Notes under the pieces: model-generated | Database searches by the model: none | What the model was told of the DNA's origin: nothing | The model's input: the letters and a program-made list of their open reading frames with translations, nothing else | Made by a program: the position numbers and the translations under genes | NCBI GenBank assembly: GCA_964016885.1 | Contig: OZ024751.1 | Span: 9,238,001-9,302,000, forward strand | DNA from: Eledone cirrhosa | Taxonomy: Eukaryota | Length of the DNA stretch: 64,000 nt | Direction of reading: 5' to 3' | In this document: piece by piece, positions 1 to 12,978 of the stretch | Layout: each line of letters begins with the position of its first letter | Position numbering within the stretch: the first letter of the stretch is position 1

Positions 1-171
1 CGGAAACACATAGACAAATGCGGAAACAAAGACGGAAGTCCCATTGTCACAATTCTAGCGACTGAAAGAAACGTCGGCACGTTACGTATCAAGGAAGCGC
101 TTTTTATCAAACGACTGCAACCGCAAATAAACAACCGATCAGAGAGAAGCGAAATGAGATGGCTGGTTTAA
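1..171 (+). mobile_element. C-terminal end of a PLE GIY-YIG endonuclease ORF (runs off the window start)
   Basis: Frame 1 translates RKHIDKC...VTILATERNVGTLRIKEALFIKRLQPQINNR...*. This fits the IL..E....R.IKEA..I....P.IN tail of Penelope/Poseidon-type GIY-YIG domains. A decayed HHR follows at 536-571. Confidence 0.7.
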
Positions 172-535
172 GTTAACAAGCGATGCAACAACACACAACA
201 CACGCACACACACACACGCAAACGAGACAACTACACACACACACGCACACACCCACAGTAGCATTCCACCATACGAACATACTACACTGCCAATACAGAG
301 GAACAAGGCAACAACACACGCACACACACACAGTAACATTTAACAAACAGGCAGAGAATGGACTGACAGCTAGCGCCATCCCACTCCCTCATTCGGCCGC
401 TGACCTCTGTACGACCGACCCCCATTTCACGCGCACGCGCGCTCTGCCGATTACCTCAGATATTCAAAACAACAAACAGCGAAGGACGCGTTCCGGACTT
501 GTCCGACAGACAACCTTTCCCACACCCCGGAAAAA

Positions 536-571
536 CCCCAGTTAATGGATGTGAATCCGAAATATATAGGG
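536..571 (+). ncRNA. Decayed minimal type I hammerhead relic
   Basis: ccc-CAGTTAA-t-ggat(gtga)atcc-GAAA-tata-TA-ggg. Stems I and II and GAAA are intact, but the CUGANGA strand has 3 substitutions. Confidence 0.4.
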
Positions 572-829
572 ACTTTTAAATCTCTCCCAAGGTAACTCTC
601 TCTTGTGTTATTATTTCTATTTTATCCTTTATACTCTTCCCTTCATTCTACACATCTCACACATCTTATACACACCACGCATCTCAACGTACACCCACTT
701 ACATCTCTCTCTCCACCACCGGACCTTGTTACCCGGAGATTTACCCATTTGCATTGTCGAGGCTTCTAAACGACTTAAAGATATTTACTTATTGTTCCAC
801 AATGCTTCAAGCAAACTTCAATACTCTAT

Positions 830-877
<48 letters not shown>

Positions 878-1040
878 AACCGCTGATCAATCAATGAGAA
901 ACATTGATTGTTAGCTAAATCAACTATAGGAATACAAAATATACAGAAGCGAAAACTAAACCAAACCAAACCAAACAGTGTGTGTGATTCATGATTATTT
1001 CTGGCAATATTATAATATGATACTCCCACACTAAATATAA

Positions 1041-1098
<58 letters not shown>

Positions 1099-1126
1099 CT
1101 GTGTGAGTGTGTATGTGTGTCTAAAC

Positions 1127-1330
1127 TCTGTCTCGTACATGACTCCGCTGGAAAGGACCGCAGTCCATCGCAGACTTAAATCCCCAGTTATTGCTGGTGC
1201 TCATTCTCAGCGGAGTATACTGGAGCAACGTAAAATGAAGTGCTTTGCTCATAACACAGCCCGGGAATCGAACCCACGACGTTATGATATTAAGTCCAAC
1301 ACCCTTTCCACTAGTTCACGCACATCCACT
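1127..1330 (-). mobile_element. tRNA-derived SINE (family 2, CORE-like), degenerate
   Basis: The reverse strand has an A-box-like tagtgg, a B-box ggttcgattccc, then gagcaaagcacttcattttacgttgctccagt. It is homologous to 21579-21830. Confidence 0.65.
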
Positions 1331-2609
1331 CTGTATATATACAAATGTCTATGTATATACATGTAAATTACATATATATATATGTGTTTGTGTGTATGCA
1401 TGTGTGTATTTTTAAATAAATATGATATTTATGTGTATCTATGTATTAATGTGCATTATAATCACTATTCCACTTTAACTATATCTTAAATTATTGTTTT
1501 TCCTCACTAAACCTTCACTATATTTTAGATATGTTTATTACAGTTGTATTCTTACATGTTTTTATTTTCTTAGCATATTCTATTAATATTAAAAGCTTCG
1601 ATGACTAAGAGCAATTCAAGTTGTATGTTCTATTTATATACCTCTACCTCTATTTTAGTCTCTACTATATTTCTATCAATGCTTGGTAGTCCGTATAATA
1701 TCTATTGTTACTAAACGTTATTTTTGTATTTTTTATCACTGTAAATGTTAATTACTTCTTTAAGCTTCCGTGAATATTAACGATTAGCCAACAATATTTG
1801 AATTCTATTGTATACGGGTTTCCACTATTTTTCTCCACTGGAATTCTAGAACATGTTAGATATCTTTTATTTGTATTTCATTGATTCTGATGTGTTATTC
1901 TAACTGGAATGAAATATTCTTCTTAGTCTAACGAAACGGTCGTAAACGATTACAATTTTAATATCTGTTATCCTTTGTTATATACAGTAACTATAAATAT
2001 AAACACCACAATCCAAAGAGGACTCGAAAAGGGGTTTATATATATAAGTATATAAACCCGGAGACCAAATACTATTAAACGTTTAAGAATATAACTTCTG
2101 TTTTCACACTAAGCGGGTGCATCGGATGGTCCAGCTTAGGGTGGAAGCAGAGATTTATTGCTTCAACTTTATATATATACATACACACACATATATATAT
2201 ATAGTGTAAACATATGTACGTATTGGTTATATCGAACACTAATAATAATGTTCGATTAATAAAATTCTAATCATATATATATATTTCGTTTCTGAATTTG
2301 TTTAGCAAGATTATTTCTTGTTTGTGTGGGTGTTGTGTGCACACAACACACACAAAAACAAGATGGCGTAGGACAGAACAAAGCAGAGGCACAAAAACAA
2401 AGAACAGAATCCGCAGTCACTGAAGAGGTCACAGAATGTGTGACGAAAGAACTTTGACAATATGTGAACAATCTTCTGGTTGTGGAACCAACCAACCAAC
2501 CAGAAATTCAGAAATTCTTAAATTTATGAATTTAATTTATAATAAATTGGAGTGAAAGCAACTGGTGCGTGTGTTTCTTATTCGCAACATGACCATCCCA
2601 AAGCATAAC

Positions 2610-2707
<98 letters not shown>

Positions 2708-3094
2708 CAAGGTTTAGCAAATAGAGAAACAGTTTTAAAATAAATTTTTTAAAGTTTACTGTACCTACTATATTTACCCTTACCGCGCGGTTTCAAGTCT
2801 CAAAATAAATGGATAGTCCATGCGGAAATCCATTGAGAACAGGGTTCTTCTCACTCGGAGAATATAAAATTCCCGAGTTCATATAACGAACTGGCGCCAT
2901 ACAGAACTGTTCCCGGATGAGAGTGTATGATGAAGAAACAATCTTGTCTAGTGCCGTGTGTAAAGATAGAAGGCAAGGGCGGAAAGGTCAATGTCCTCCC
3001 ACTAGAAATAGCAGCAGTTAAAACGACCAAAATGTTATCTCGACCAGGGGAGATTAATAATAATAAAGTATGATTTCCTACATGCAAAAAATGC

Positions 3095-3126
<32 letters not shown>

Positions 3127-3318
3127 GCATTTTTTAACTATCATACTTCACGGCACCAAACTTTGACGTATACATAAAAAAAACTTAACTTAAAGCAATT
3201 AAACAACCCTACAAAACAAAATGTTTTAATAACAGATGAGCATAACGTAATATCGGCCTCCCAACTAGTAAATGGGTGACGTGTATTACACAACCCACCT
3301 GTACTGCTATCCCAACCT

Positions 3319-3777
3319 ATGCATGGTATACCCGCTACCCACAACAAAAACTGTAACTGCCACCTACCTGAAAGATGTCCATTGAAGAATAAATGCCTAA
3401 AGTCCAACATTGTTTACCAATGCACTGTTGAATCGAACGACCAGAAATGGTATTACATCGCGTCTACCACTACGTCCTTTAAATCTCGCTGGTATCGTCA
3501 TCGATTCTCAATTAAACGTCCTAATCACCGTTTTGTGACCACGCTCGCCAACAAGACCTGGCAACTCCGTGAACGCAACCAACAGTTCACCTTGAAATGG
3601 GATATACTTTCCAGCGCTAGTGCATATCGGAGTGGATTGAAGTACTGTAGGTTGTGTAACCTTGAACTCTTTCACATCTTAAAATCCAAAAATAAATTAC
3701 TAAATGATAGAATCGAACGATCATTATACTGTAACCACAAACTGAACGCTAAGTTCTCTCACTATAAAATAACTTAA
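3319..3777 (+). CDS. PLE Cys-rich linker plus GIY-YIG endonuclease (fragment)
   Basis: CNC...CPL...C..NIVYQC...YYIASTTTSFKSRWYRH..., LKWDIL, CRLCNLELFHI, LLN.R.E....C.H motifs. Homologous to the four other PLE ends in the window. Confidence 0.85.
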   Translation: MHGIPATHNKNCNCHLPERCPLKNKCLKSNIVYQCTVESNDQKWYYIASTTTSFKSRWYRHRFSIKRPNHRFVTTLANKTWQLRERNQQFTLKWDILSSASAYRSGLKYCRLCNLELFHILKSKNKLLNDRIERSLYCNHKLNAKFSHYKIT

Positions 3778-3973
3778 CATTCGAACCCGTTACTATAGCA
3801 TTGCTTTCTAGCTAACCACTTTCTCTTCCCCCACACTACAGGACAATACCCTGCTTATCACTATAAATGGAAACTTAGTGCAATTTGTAGCTTACAACTA
3901 TGAATTAAATGTACACCCATCCCATAGCTTTCGTCTGTCCCCTCTCTATCTCACCCTCTCTCTCCATTCCCCC

Positions 3974-4005
<32 letters not shown>

Positions 4006-4316
4006 GCCCTAGGTCCACCTCCCTCCCTCTCCACATCTATGAACCTGCCCTCTGTGGCAATAAATAATTCCAATCTTGACTATCAACGCATCGCTTAAGG
4101 TGGTCGCTTTAAGAGTAACCAGTATAATAAAACCCCTACCACAACATTTTGATTAAGATATCTTCAAACCACTCTCTTCCATTTCTCCAACACCTGCATG
4201 TCTCTCTCTCTCTCTCTCTCTCTCTCCCGCTCTCCTTCTTTTCTCTCTTCCTTTTCTACTCTATCTTCCCCAATAACCTCACTTAAGGGTATTTACATTT
4301 TACATTTTAACCATTC

Positions 4317-4428
4317 TGCTCTGATGATACAGTGGTCACAGCATTTGATAATTGAGTTTTGCAAATAGTTATAAATTTGCACATAGCATAACTAGGCTGT
4401 ATAACCACCGTTGAAATATTTGTAAGCA
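4317..4428 (+). ncRNA. Type I hammerhead ribozyme with extended stem II
   Basis: tgct-CTGATGA(4321)-stem II (gtggt/accac, acagc/gctgt)-GAAA(4413)-tattt-GTA-agca. Predicted cleavage after 4424. Confidence 0.8.
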
Positions 4429-4934
4429 CACAGAATAGATTACCTTTTTATGATGTCTACCTGTTATTATTCATTCTGTATCTACAGAAGGATCAGGAAC
4501 TGAGTTTCTTCAACTATTCTTCCATAACTCGTTGAGTAACCTCTCACCGTACATCAACTCGATCCAGTGTAGTAATTAACCATTACTGCATCCGGGATAA
4601 TCCTATACCTAATATATATATATATAGTAATAATATTAAATTTGAAGACTAAAGTCCAAAGAGAACTCGATAAGGATAAATATATATCAAATATATAAGA
4701 ACCGTAGAGCAAATATTTAATGAAATAAAAGATTAAAGTTTAAGCGAAGAATCACTGATTTCTCCCTTAACGAGATTTTCTGAAGGTAAAAAGATCAATC
4801 TGTGAACGCAGAATTAAATATTTCGAAAAACCTTGCAACCGAACGAAGACAGGAAGACGATATTTTGATTTTTGGAGACGTATCTGGCAAAGAACGGAAA
4901 AAAAGCGAAGATAGTACATCATTATTTGGAGCGG

Positions 4935-5090
4935 GGGATTGGCAGTATCGGTAGAGAGTCGGACGCCATGCTGAGTTCAAATCCCGCCGAGGTTAACTTT
5001 GCCTTTCATCCTTACGTGGTCGATAAAATAAAGTACCAATAATGCACTGGGTAATTGCTGGCCTTGTGCCAAAAGTAGAAACAATTATTT
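4935..5090 (+). mobile_element. SINE family 1 (tRNA head, conserved central domain, ATT tail) with 14-bp TSD
   Basis: gattggcagtatcggtaga...gagttcaaatccc...gcctttcatcc...gtcgataaaataaagtacc...gtagaaacaattatt. TSD attatttggagcgg at 4921-4934 and 5084-5097. Confidence 0.9.
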
Positions 5091-5340
5091 GGAGCGGTGA
5101 GAAGAATTACACGCAAAGATAAAACCACGTTTATGGTATAAATGGAGTTGTAGAATATTATTCTAGTAGGTGGTTCGTGGAGACGTTCCCTGGCAATGAA
5201 CGAAAAAGCAAAGATAATACGTCATTATGTGGGGCGTAAGAACAATTAGCCGCAAAGACAAAACCACATTTATGGTATAACAGAAGTCGTAGACTAAAAT
5301 TCTATTCAGGAAACCGAAAGATTCTCGGCTTCAGAGTTAA

Positions 5341-5460
5341 GAATAATTGTTTCTACTTTTGGCACAAGACCAGCAATTATCTCAGTGCATAACTGGTACT
5401 TTATTATATCGACCCCGTAATGATGAAAGGCAAAGTTAACCTCGGTGGGATTTAAATTAC
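5341..5460 (-). mobile_element. SINE family 1, 5'-truncated
   Basis: Reverse complement of the family-1 central domain and tail. Absent from the mirror arm near 9010. Confidence 0.85.
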
Positions 5461-6086
5461 AGAGGTTATTGAAATCAACAATAGTTAAATATATGCATGC
5501 ACGCATCCATATACGTACATATACATGCATACGCGAAAACACCCGCCATGGGTATGCAAATACAGTCACGTACACAAAAACACGCGCACACATACAAAAA
5601 CCCACGCAACGCCTGTACCCGCACACATACGAACGTATACACCAAATACACATAAAACATATATAAAATATATATATATATATGTGTGTGCGTGTATACA
5701 TATAATTATATAAGAGTATATAAATATACACACATAAATACGTATGTAATGCGCGCACACACATAGCTACATGTAAATACACATATGTTCGTTAAACGGC
5801 GTCAACCAAAACACAAGGTACACATATACACACACCCTACATGCGTGCAAACCCGCATGGACACACAAACGCAAAACTCACGTATACACATAACCATAAC
5901 CCATGTACCAGTATATATAATATAATATGTACGCCTATAACAAATACAAGCAAATATATGAAAGTATATCTACCTTCACAAAACATACAGGTAATATATA
6001 CTTACCGATACAAATAAGTAATGGTATAAACATAGAATATACTTAGCTACCACATCAAGACGTAAATTATCCGCGTATAGATCGTA

Positions 6087-7227
6087 CTATCCGTTAGGGT
6101 ATAATGTGGGGCTGTAATACAGGAAGGTTTTCTGCAATTTCTGTTTACAAGCCGAAATTGCCTCAGATATTTTGTTTAAAATGTGGTCATTGGCGTAGAG
6201 TATTTCCAGGGCTTCGGCGGCACAGAGGTCACATGGTCTTTTATTTCCGTTATACGATCTAGCCTCAGCTAGGATCTCCCAGTGTAACCTATATTGGGTG
6301 TGGTTGTCTTTTAGACTCCAGATATAAGCTGAAAGTGACGTCATATTCGTTTTTAAAGGGGTAAGAAAAGAATGGGCATGCATGTAAAGACGCTGCTTGA
6401 ATCTATAGGCGGTTAACCTTATGTAGGCCCTACATTGTAGACAATGTTACTAGAGAGGCATTTCCCGGATATGTAGCACTCAACCCGATTCCTAAGATTA
6501 CAGTTAATACTAGCTACAGGGTTGCACGTGTTCGTACGGCTAGGTAATTTAACTAAATTTGAAGCAGTGATGTGCAAGGTTAGGAGTCGTAGAGTAAGAA
6601 ATTTTAAGGGTATTGCTATTAAACATATTATTTTATTTATGTGCAGAGGGGAAATATTTCATAATAAGGGAGATAAAGATCTTAGCTAATGGTGTGGCCA
6701 CCTCCATATTATATGGTGGGCCCATATAATGCTTCGGGATCTATTTTTCCTAGGTCTATGCTCATACTCGCTATATGCTACCTTATCGACAAATCCTCTC
6801 CGAGCAAGAGCTTCATTGTAATATGTGGAATAGTCGGTGAAAATATGCTCGTTTGTAGATAGAACAGAAAGCCTCAAAGAAACGTTTCTAACCAGGTTCT
6901 TGGTTATGCTGGCAGGATGGTTAGAATGTTTACTTATGTAATTAAGCGTATCATTCGGCTTTCTATACGGGTAGTGCAAGCCATTCGACAAATTGAGGGT
7001 AACGTCGAGGTAATTAACGACCGAGAGGTTGGCCTCAACCTTCGTGAAGAGGTTGAAGCCTTTAAAGAAGGCTGTGAGTTCTTTTCTGAACCTGTCGCAA
7101 GAGCGTGGGCCGCACTTTGTCATGGTCAAAAGACCGTCATCACAGTACAAACCACCGCCCACGTTGGGGAATTCTTCCTTGATAGAGAAAAGAAGGAAAA
7201 GGCTGATAAGATCAGTAACCTCCGCAG
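6087..7227 (-). pseudogene. PLE RT (motifs B'-C, thumb) plus GIY-YIG, frameshifted (left arm)
   Basis: SAEVTDLISLFLL, GLYCDDGL (GLYRDDG-type RT motif C), VNYLDVTLNL, PYRKPN...SNHP, then LHWEILA...CDLCAAEALEI...ILNK. Confidence 0.9.
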
Positions 7228-7231
7228 ACAT

Positions 7232-8385
7232 TGCCGTTTTATCCAATTCGACATCAATAATTACTACTCCTTCATCATTTCACCACTTCTCCTTAGAGCT
7301 ATCAATTTTGCTAAAACGCTCACGGCGGTTAAGGTTTCGAAGTTGATGTCATCCGCAATGCCCGTAAGTCGGTGATTAATTTCGACGACTCTATTTGGAT
7401 TAACAAATCTAATAGTACCCCATTCGACGTGAGTATGGGCGCCAGCGATTCTGCGGAGGTTACTGATCTTATCGGCCTTTTCCTTCTTTTCTCTATCAAG
7501 GAAGAATTCCCCAGCGTGGACGGTGGTTTGTATCATGATGTAAGCATTCTAACCATCATGCCAGCATAACCAAATACCTGATTAGAAACGTTTCTTTGAG
7601 GCTTTCTGTTCTATCTACAAACGAGCATATTTTCACCGCCCATCCCACATATTACATATTACTCGCAGTGGATTTTGTCGATAAGGTAGCATATACCGAG
7701 TATGAGCATAGACCTAGGAAAAATAGATCCCGACGCATTATATGGTATAACCCACCATATAATATGGAGGTGGCCACACTATTAGCTAAGATCTTTCTCT
7801 CCCTTATTATGAATCATTTCCCGCCTGAACATAAATATAATACAATTTTAAATAGAAATACCATTAAAATGTCTTACTCTACGACTCCTAACCTTGCACA
7901 TAACATGACTGCTTCAAATTTAGCTAAATTACCTAGCCGTACGAACACGTGCAACCCTGTAGCTAGTACTAACTGAAATTGTAGGAATCGGGTTGACTTC
8001 CCCCTATCCGGGAAATGCTGCTCTAGTAACATTGCTTACAAATGTAAGGTTGAAACAGCCACGTCGCGTAGGGCCACATAGGGTTAACCGCCAATAGATT
8101 CAAGCAGCGTCTTTACGTGCATACCCCTTTTTTTCCTAACCCTTTAAGAACGAATATGACGTCACTTTCAGCTTATATCTGGAGTCTAGAGTACAACCAC
8201 ACCCAATATAGGTTACACTGGGAGATCCTAGCTGAGGCTAGATCGTGACCTCTGTGTCGCTGAAGCCCTGGAAATACTCTACGCCAATGACCACATCTTA
8301 AACAAAATATCTGAGGCAATTTCGGTTTGTAAACAGAAATTGCAGAAAACGTTCCTGTATTAAAGCCCCACATTATACCCTAACA
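7232..8385 (+). pseudogene. PLE RT (motifs A, B', part of C) plus GIY-YIG, with internal deletion and frameshifts (right arm)
   Basis: FIQFDINNYY, FDVSMGASDSAEVTDLIG, GLYHD, then a jump to SNHP, IIWYNPPY, ILNRNTIKMSYS, NCRNR. Confidence 0.9.
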
Positions 8386-9458
8386 GATAGTACGATCTAC
8401 GCGGATAATTTACGTCTTGATGTGGTAGCTAAGTATATTTTTGTTTATAGGTAAGTATATATAACCTGTATGTTTTATGAAGGTACCTATACGTTCATGT
8501 ATGTATATTTGCTTGTATTTTTTATAGGCGTATATATTATATTATATATACTGGTACATTGGTTATTGTTATGTGTATACGTGAGTTTTGCGATTGTGTA
8601 TGTATGCGGGTTTGCACGTATGTAGGGGGTGTGTATATGTTTACTTTGTGTTTAGGTTGACGTCGTTTAGCGAACATATGTGTATTTACATGTATTTATC
8701 TGTGCGCGCGATATATACCTATTTATGTGTGTATATTTATATACGTTTATATAATTATTTGTATACACACACACACACACGCACACACATATATATATTT
8801 TTTAAATATATGTTTTATGTGTATGTACACGTTCGTATGTGTGCGGGTACAGGCCTTGCGTGGGTGTTTGTATGTGTGCGCGTGTTTTTGTCTACGTGCC
8901 TGTATTTTTATACCCATGGCGGGTGTTTTCGCGTATGTATGTGTATGCACGTTTATGGATGCGTGCATGTATATATTTAACTATTGTTGATTTCAATAAT
9001 CACTGTAATTTATTTACATTATTCTGAAGTCTGAAGCCGACAATCATTAGGTTTCATAAATAGAATTTTAGTCTACGACTTCAGTTATACCATAAACGTG
9101 GTTTTGTCTTTGCGTGGAATTGTTCTCACGTTCCACATAATGACGTATTATCCTCTTCCGTTCATTCACGAACCACCTAATAGAATAATAGTCTACGACT
9201 CCATTTATACCATAAACGTGATTTTGTCTTTGCGTTGTAATTGTTCTCACCGCTTCAAATAATGACGCACTATCTTCGTTTTTTTCCCGTTCTTTGCCAG
9301 GTACGTCTCCACGAACCAAAGTATCGTCTTCCTGTCTTGCTTCGGTTGCAACGTTTTTCAAAATATTTATTTCTGTGTTAACAGATTGATCTTTTTAGTT
9401 TCAGAAGTTCCCGTTAAACCTGAATGCAGCGATTCTTTGCTTAAACATGAATCTGTTA

Positions 9459-9500
<42 letters not shown>

Positions 9501-9555
9501 TAAAAAAAATAATGAATAAAACAATGAAACAGTTCCTTATATTAAACAAAAAAAG

Positions 9556-9709
9556 TTCATTATTTAACGATCGTTTCTGGGATATATATGTGTTAGAATT
9601 GGCATGTATATTTAACAGATCTATGTACAAAATTATACAAAATTATACAAACTATCAAAATTAAATATACATACCAACTCATATATATGCCGTCTTCAGA
9701 AATAATGAA
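9556..9709 (-). ncRNA. Type I hammerhead ribozyme with 10-bp stem I and ~115-nt stem II
   Basis: Minus strand: ttcattattt-CTGAAGA-[atatatatg/catatatat; ttggtatgtatattta/taaatatacatgccaa]-GAAAC-gatc-GTT-aaataatgaa. Confidence 0.85.
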
Positions 9710-10299
9710 ATATATTTATTGATAATAACAACAATTCAAAATTACAGGTCTGTTTGGGAACAGAGTTCAAATTGTCCAATGGAAACACAAAAAGTTTATA
9801 CAGTTAGGTGTGTGTATATATGTAAGTAACTTCGTTCACATATATGCATAAAAATATATGTTCACATGCATACGCATGCCGAAAAGATGTATGTAAATAC
9901 AAAAATTCAGGGCTAATGTCTCTGTATGTTTATAATCTACAGATAAAATACATATACGCATATAAACATATAAATATAAAAATAAATATATACACATTCA
10001 TATACTCACACATATACATACATTCACACACACACTCGCATATACGCATAAACATACACAGAACCACGAACATACATACACACACACACTCACACACACA
10101 TATATGTGTATATACTATTATCATAAGCATATGGACATTAATGCGCGCACATAAACACTGCCACACATATTTAGATCCAGATACAGAAAGTAGGTGGGGG
10201 GGGGGAGGTCAGTATTTACTGGTGTCAGCAAACTGCCTATTTATAAATGTATCTATAAATTTAGAAATAAAAAGAAAAAGAAAAAGAAAAAAGAAAAAT

Positions 10300-10306
10300 A
10301 TTAAGA

Positions 10307-10340
<34 letters not shown>

Positions 10341-10366
10341 AAGTAAAATATAAAATATACATCGAT

Positions 10367-10411
<45 letters not shown>

Positions 10412-10612
10412 CATATACATATACATATACATAAACACATACATACACATACATATACATACACACACCATATATATACACATACACATACATACACGCG
10501 CATACATATAGAGACACATATATATACACATGTAAATACATAGACATATACATATATACACACATATATATATATATATATATACACACATACATATATA
10601 CATACATTCACA

Positions 10613-10666
<54 letters not shown>

Positions 10667-10750
10667 ATAAATACACTCATGTATATACACATATACACAT
10701 ACATACCCACACATATATACATATATATATATATACATATATATATATAC

Positions 10751-10805
<55 letters not shown>

Positions 10806-10871
10806 CATACACACACACATGTACACATACACATATACACAAAGATATATATATATACACACACGAATAAA

Positions 10872-10924
<53 letters not shown>

Positions 10925-11218
10925 TATACATACATACATATATATACTCATACATAGACATACATATATACACACACACATACACACATACATATACGCA
11001 TATATACACATACATACACATCAATGTATGCGTATACACATACAAACACAACCACACGCTCACACAACTCAGACATACATAAATAAAGGGATATATATAC
11101 ACATATATACATATATAAATAGAGATATATATACACATATAAAAATATACACACATACACACACACACACATATACATACACATACATACATACATACAT
11201 ATACATACACACACACAT

Positions 11219-11252
<34 letters not shown>

Positions 11253-11365
11253 ATATACATATATATAAAAATAAAGAAATAAAAAAATAAAAGAAATAAA
11301 TAAATAAATAAATTAATACACCCAGTCAGACAAATATGCACACACATACATATATATATATACAC

Positions 11366-11458
<93 letters not shown>

Positions 11459-11506
11459 TACATATACATACATATATATATATATATACACATACACACA
11501 TCAACT

Positions 11507-11552
<46 letters not shown>

Positions 11553-11666
11553 TCACATATACATGTACATATACGTACATATATACACATACACACATAT
11601 ACACATAGACGTATACATGCGCATACATATACACACACACATATACCCACATAAATACATATATAC

Positions 11667-11735
<69 letters not shown>

Positions 11736-11850
11736 TACAATCATACACCCTTATTTACATGCGCACATATGTATTTTTATACTCACATACAAACACCCAA
11801 ACATACATACCTACCTACATATACATACATACATCCACGCTTACAAATAC
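10300..11850. repeat. Compound (TA)n/(CA)n/(ATAC)n microsatellite tract
   Basis: Directly visible. Source of many spurious YI/VC/HT ORFs. Confidence 0.95.
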
Positions 11851-12029
11851 AAATAATAATAGGGGGGAAGCGGGGGGGAAGGGGATTATAGTAAATACAG
11901 GTTTCAAGAAACAGAATATTAATCTGCATTTAGATCATATGTGTTTACATAGTAGTTTCAGTATTAGGAAATGTAAGAAAGAAGGCAAAATTATGCATTT
12001 TAATATAAGTAGACTATTAATTATAGGTT

Positions 12030-12978
<949 letters not shown>

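Larger units (their letters stand above)
3140..4610 (+). mobile_element. 5'-truncated PLE (element A): GIY-YIG ORF, 3' UTR and hammerhead
   Basis: Contains ORF 3319-3777 and HHR 4317-4428, and is bounded by (TA)n on both sides. Boundaries are approximate. Confidence 0.8.
4722..9466. repeat. Large diverged inverted duplication of a PLE 3' half (arms ~4722-7227 and ~7450-9466)
   Basis: Colinear reverse-complement matches throughout, e.g. gttattgaaatcaacaatag (~5465) with ctattgttgatttcaataat (~8981), and SAEVTDL coded on both arms. Confidence 0.9.

Noticed and set aside
7974-7976. In-frame TGA at a conserved Cys of the CNC motif (possible selenocysteine, as reported for some Naiad PLEs)
   Set aside because: The mirror arm has TGT at this position and this copy has other frameshifts, so a point mutation is simpler. 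No SECIS was identified.
10209-11856. Numerous YI/VC/HT-rich ORFs here and throughout the window
   Set aside because: Translations of (TA)n, (CA)n and (ATAC)n microsatellites.
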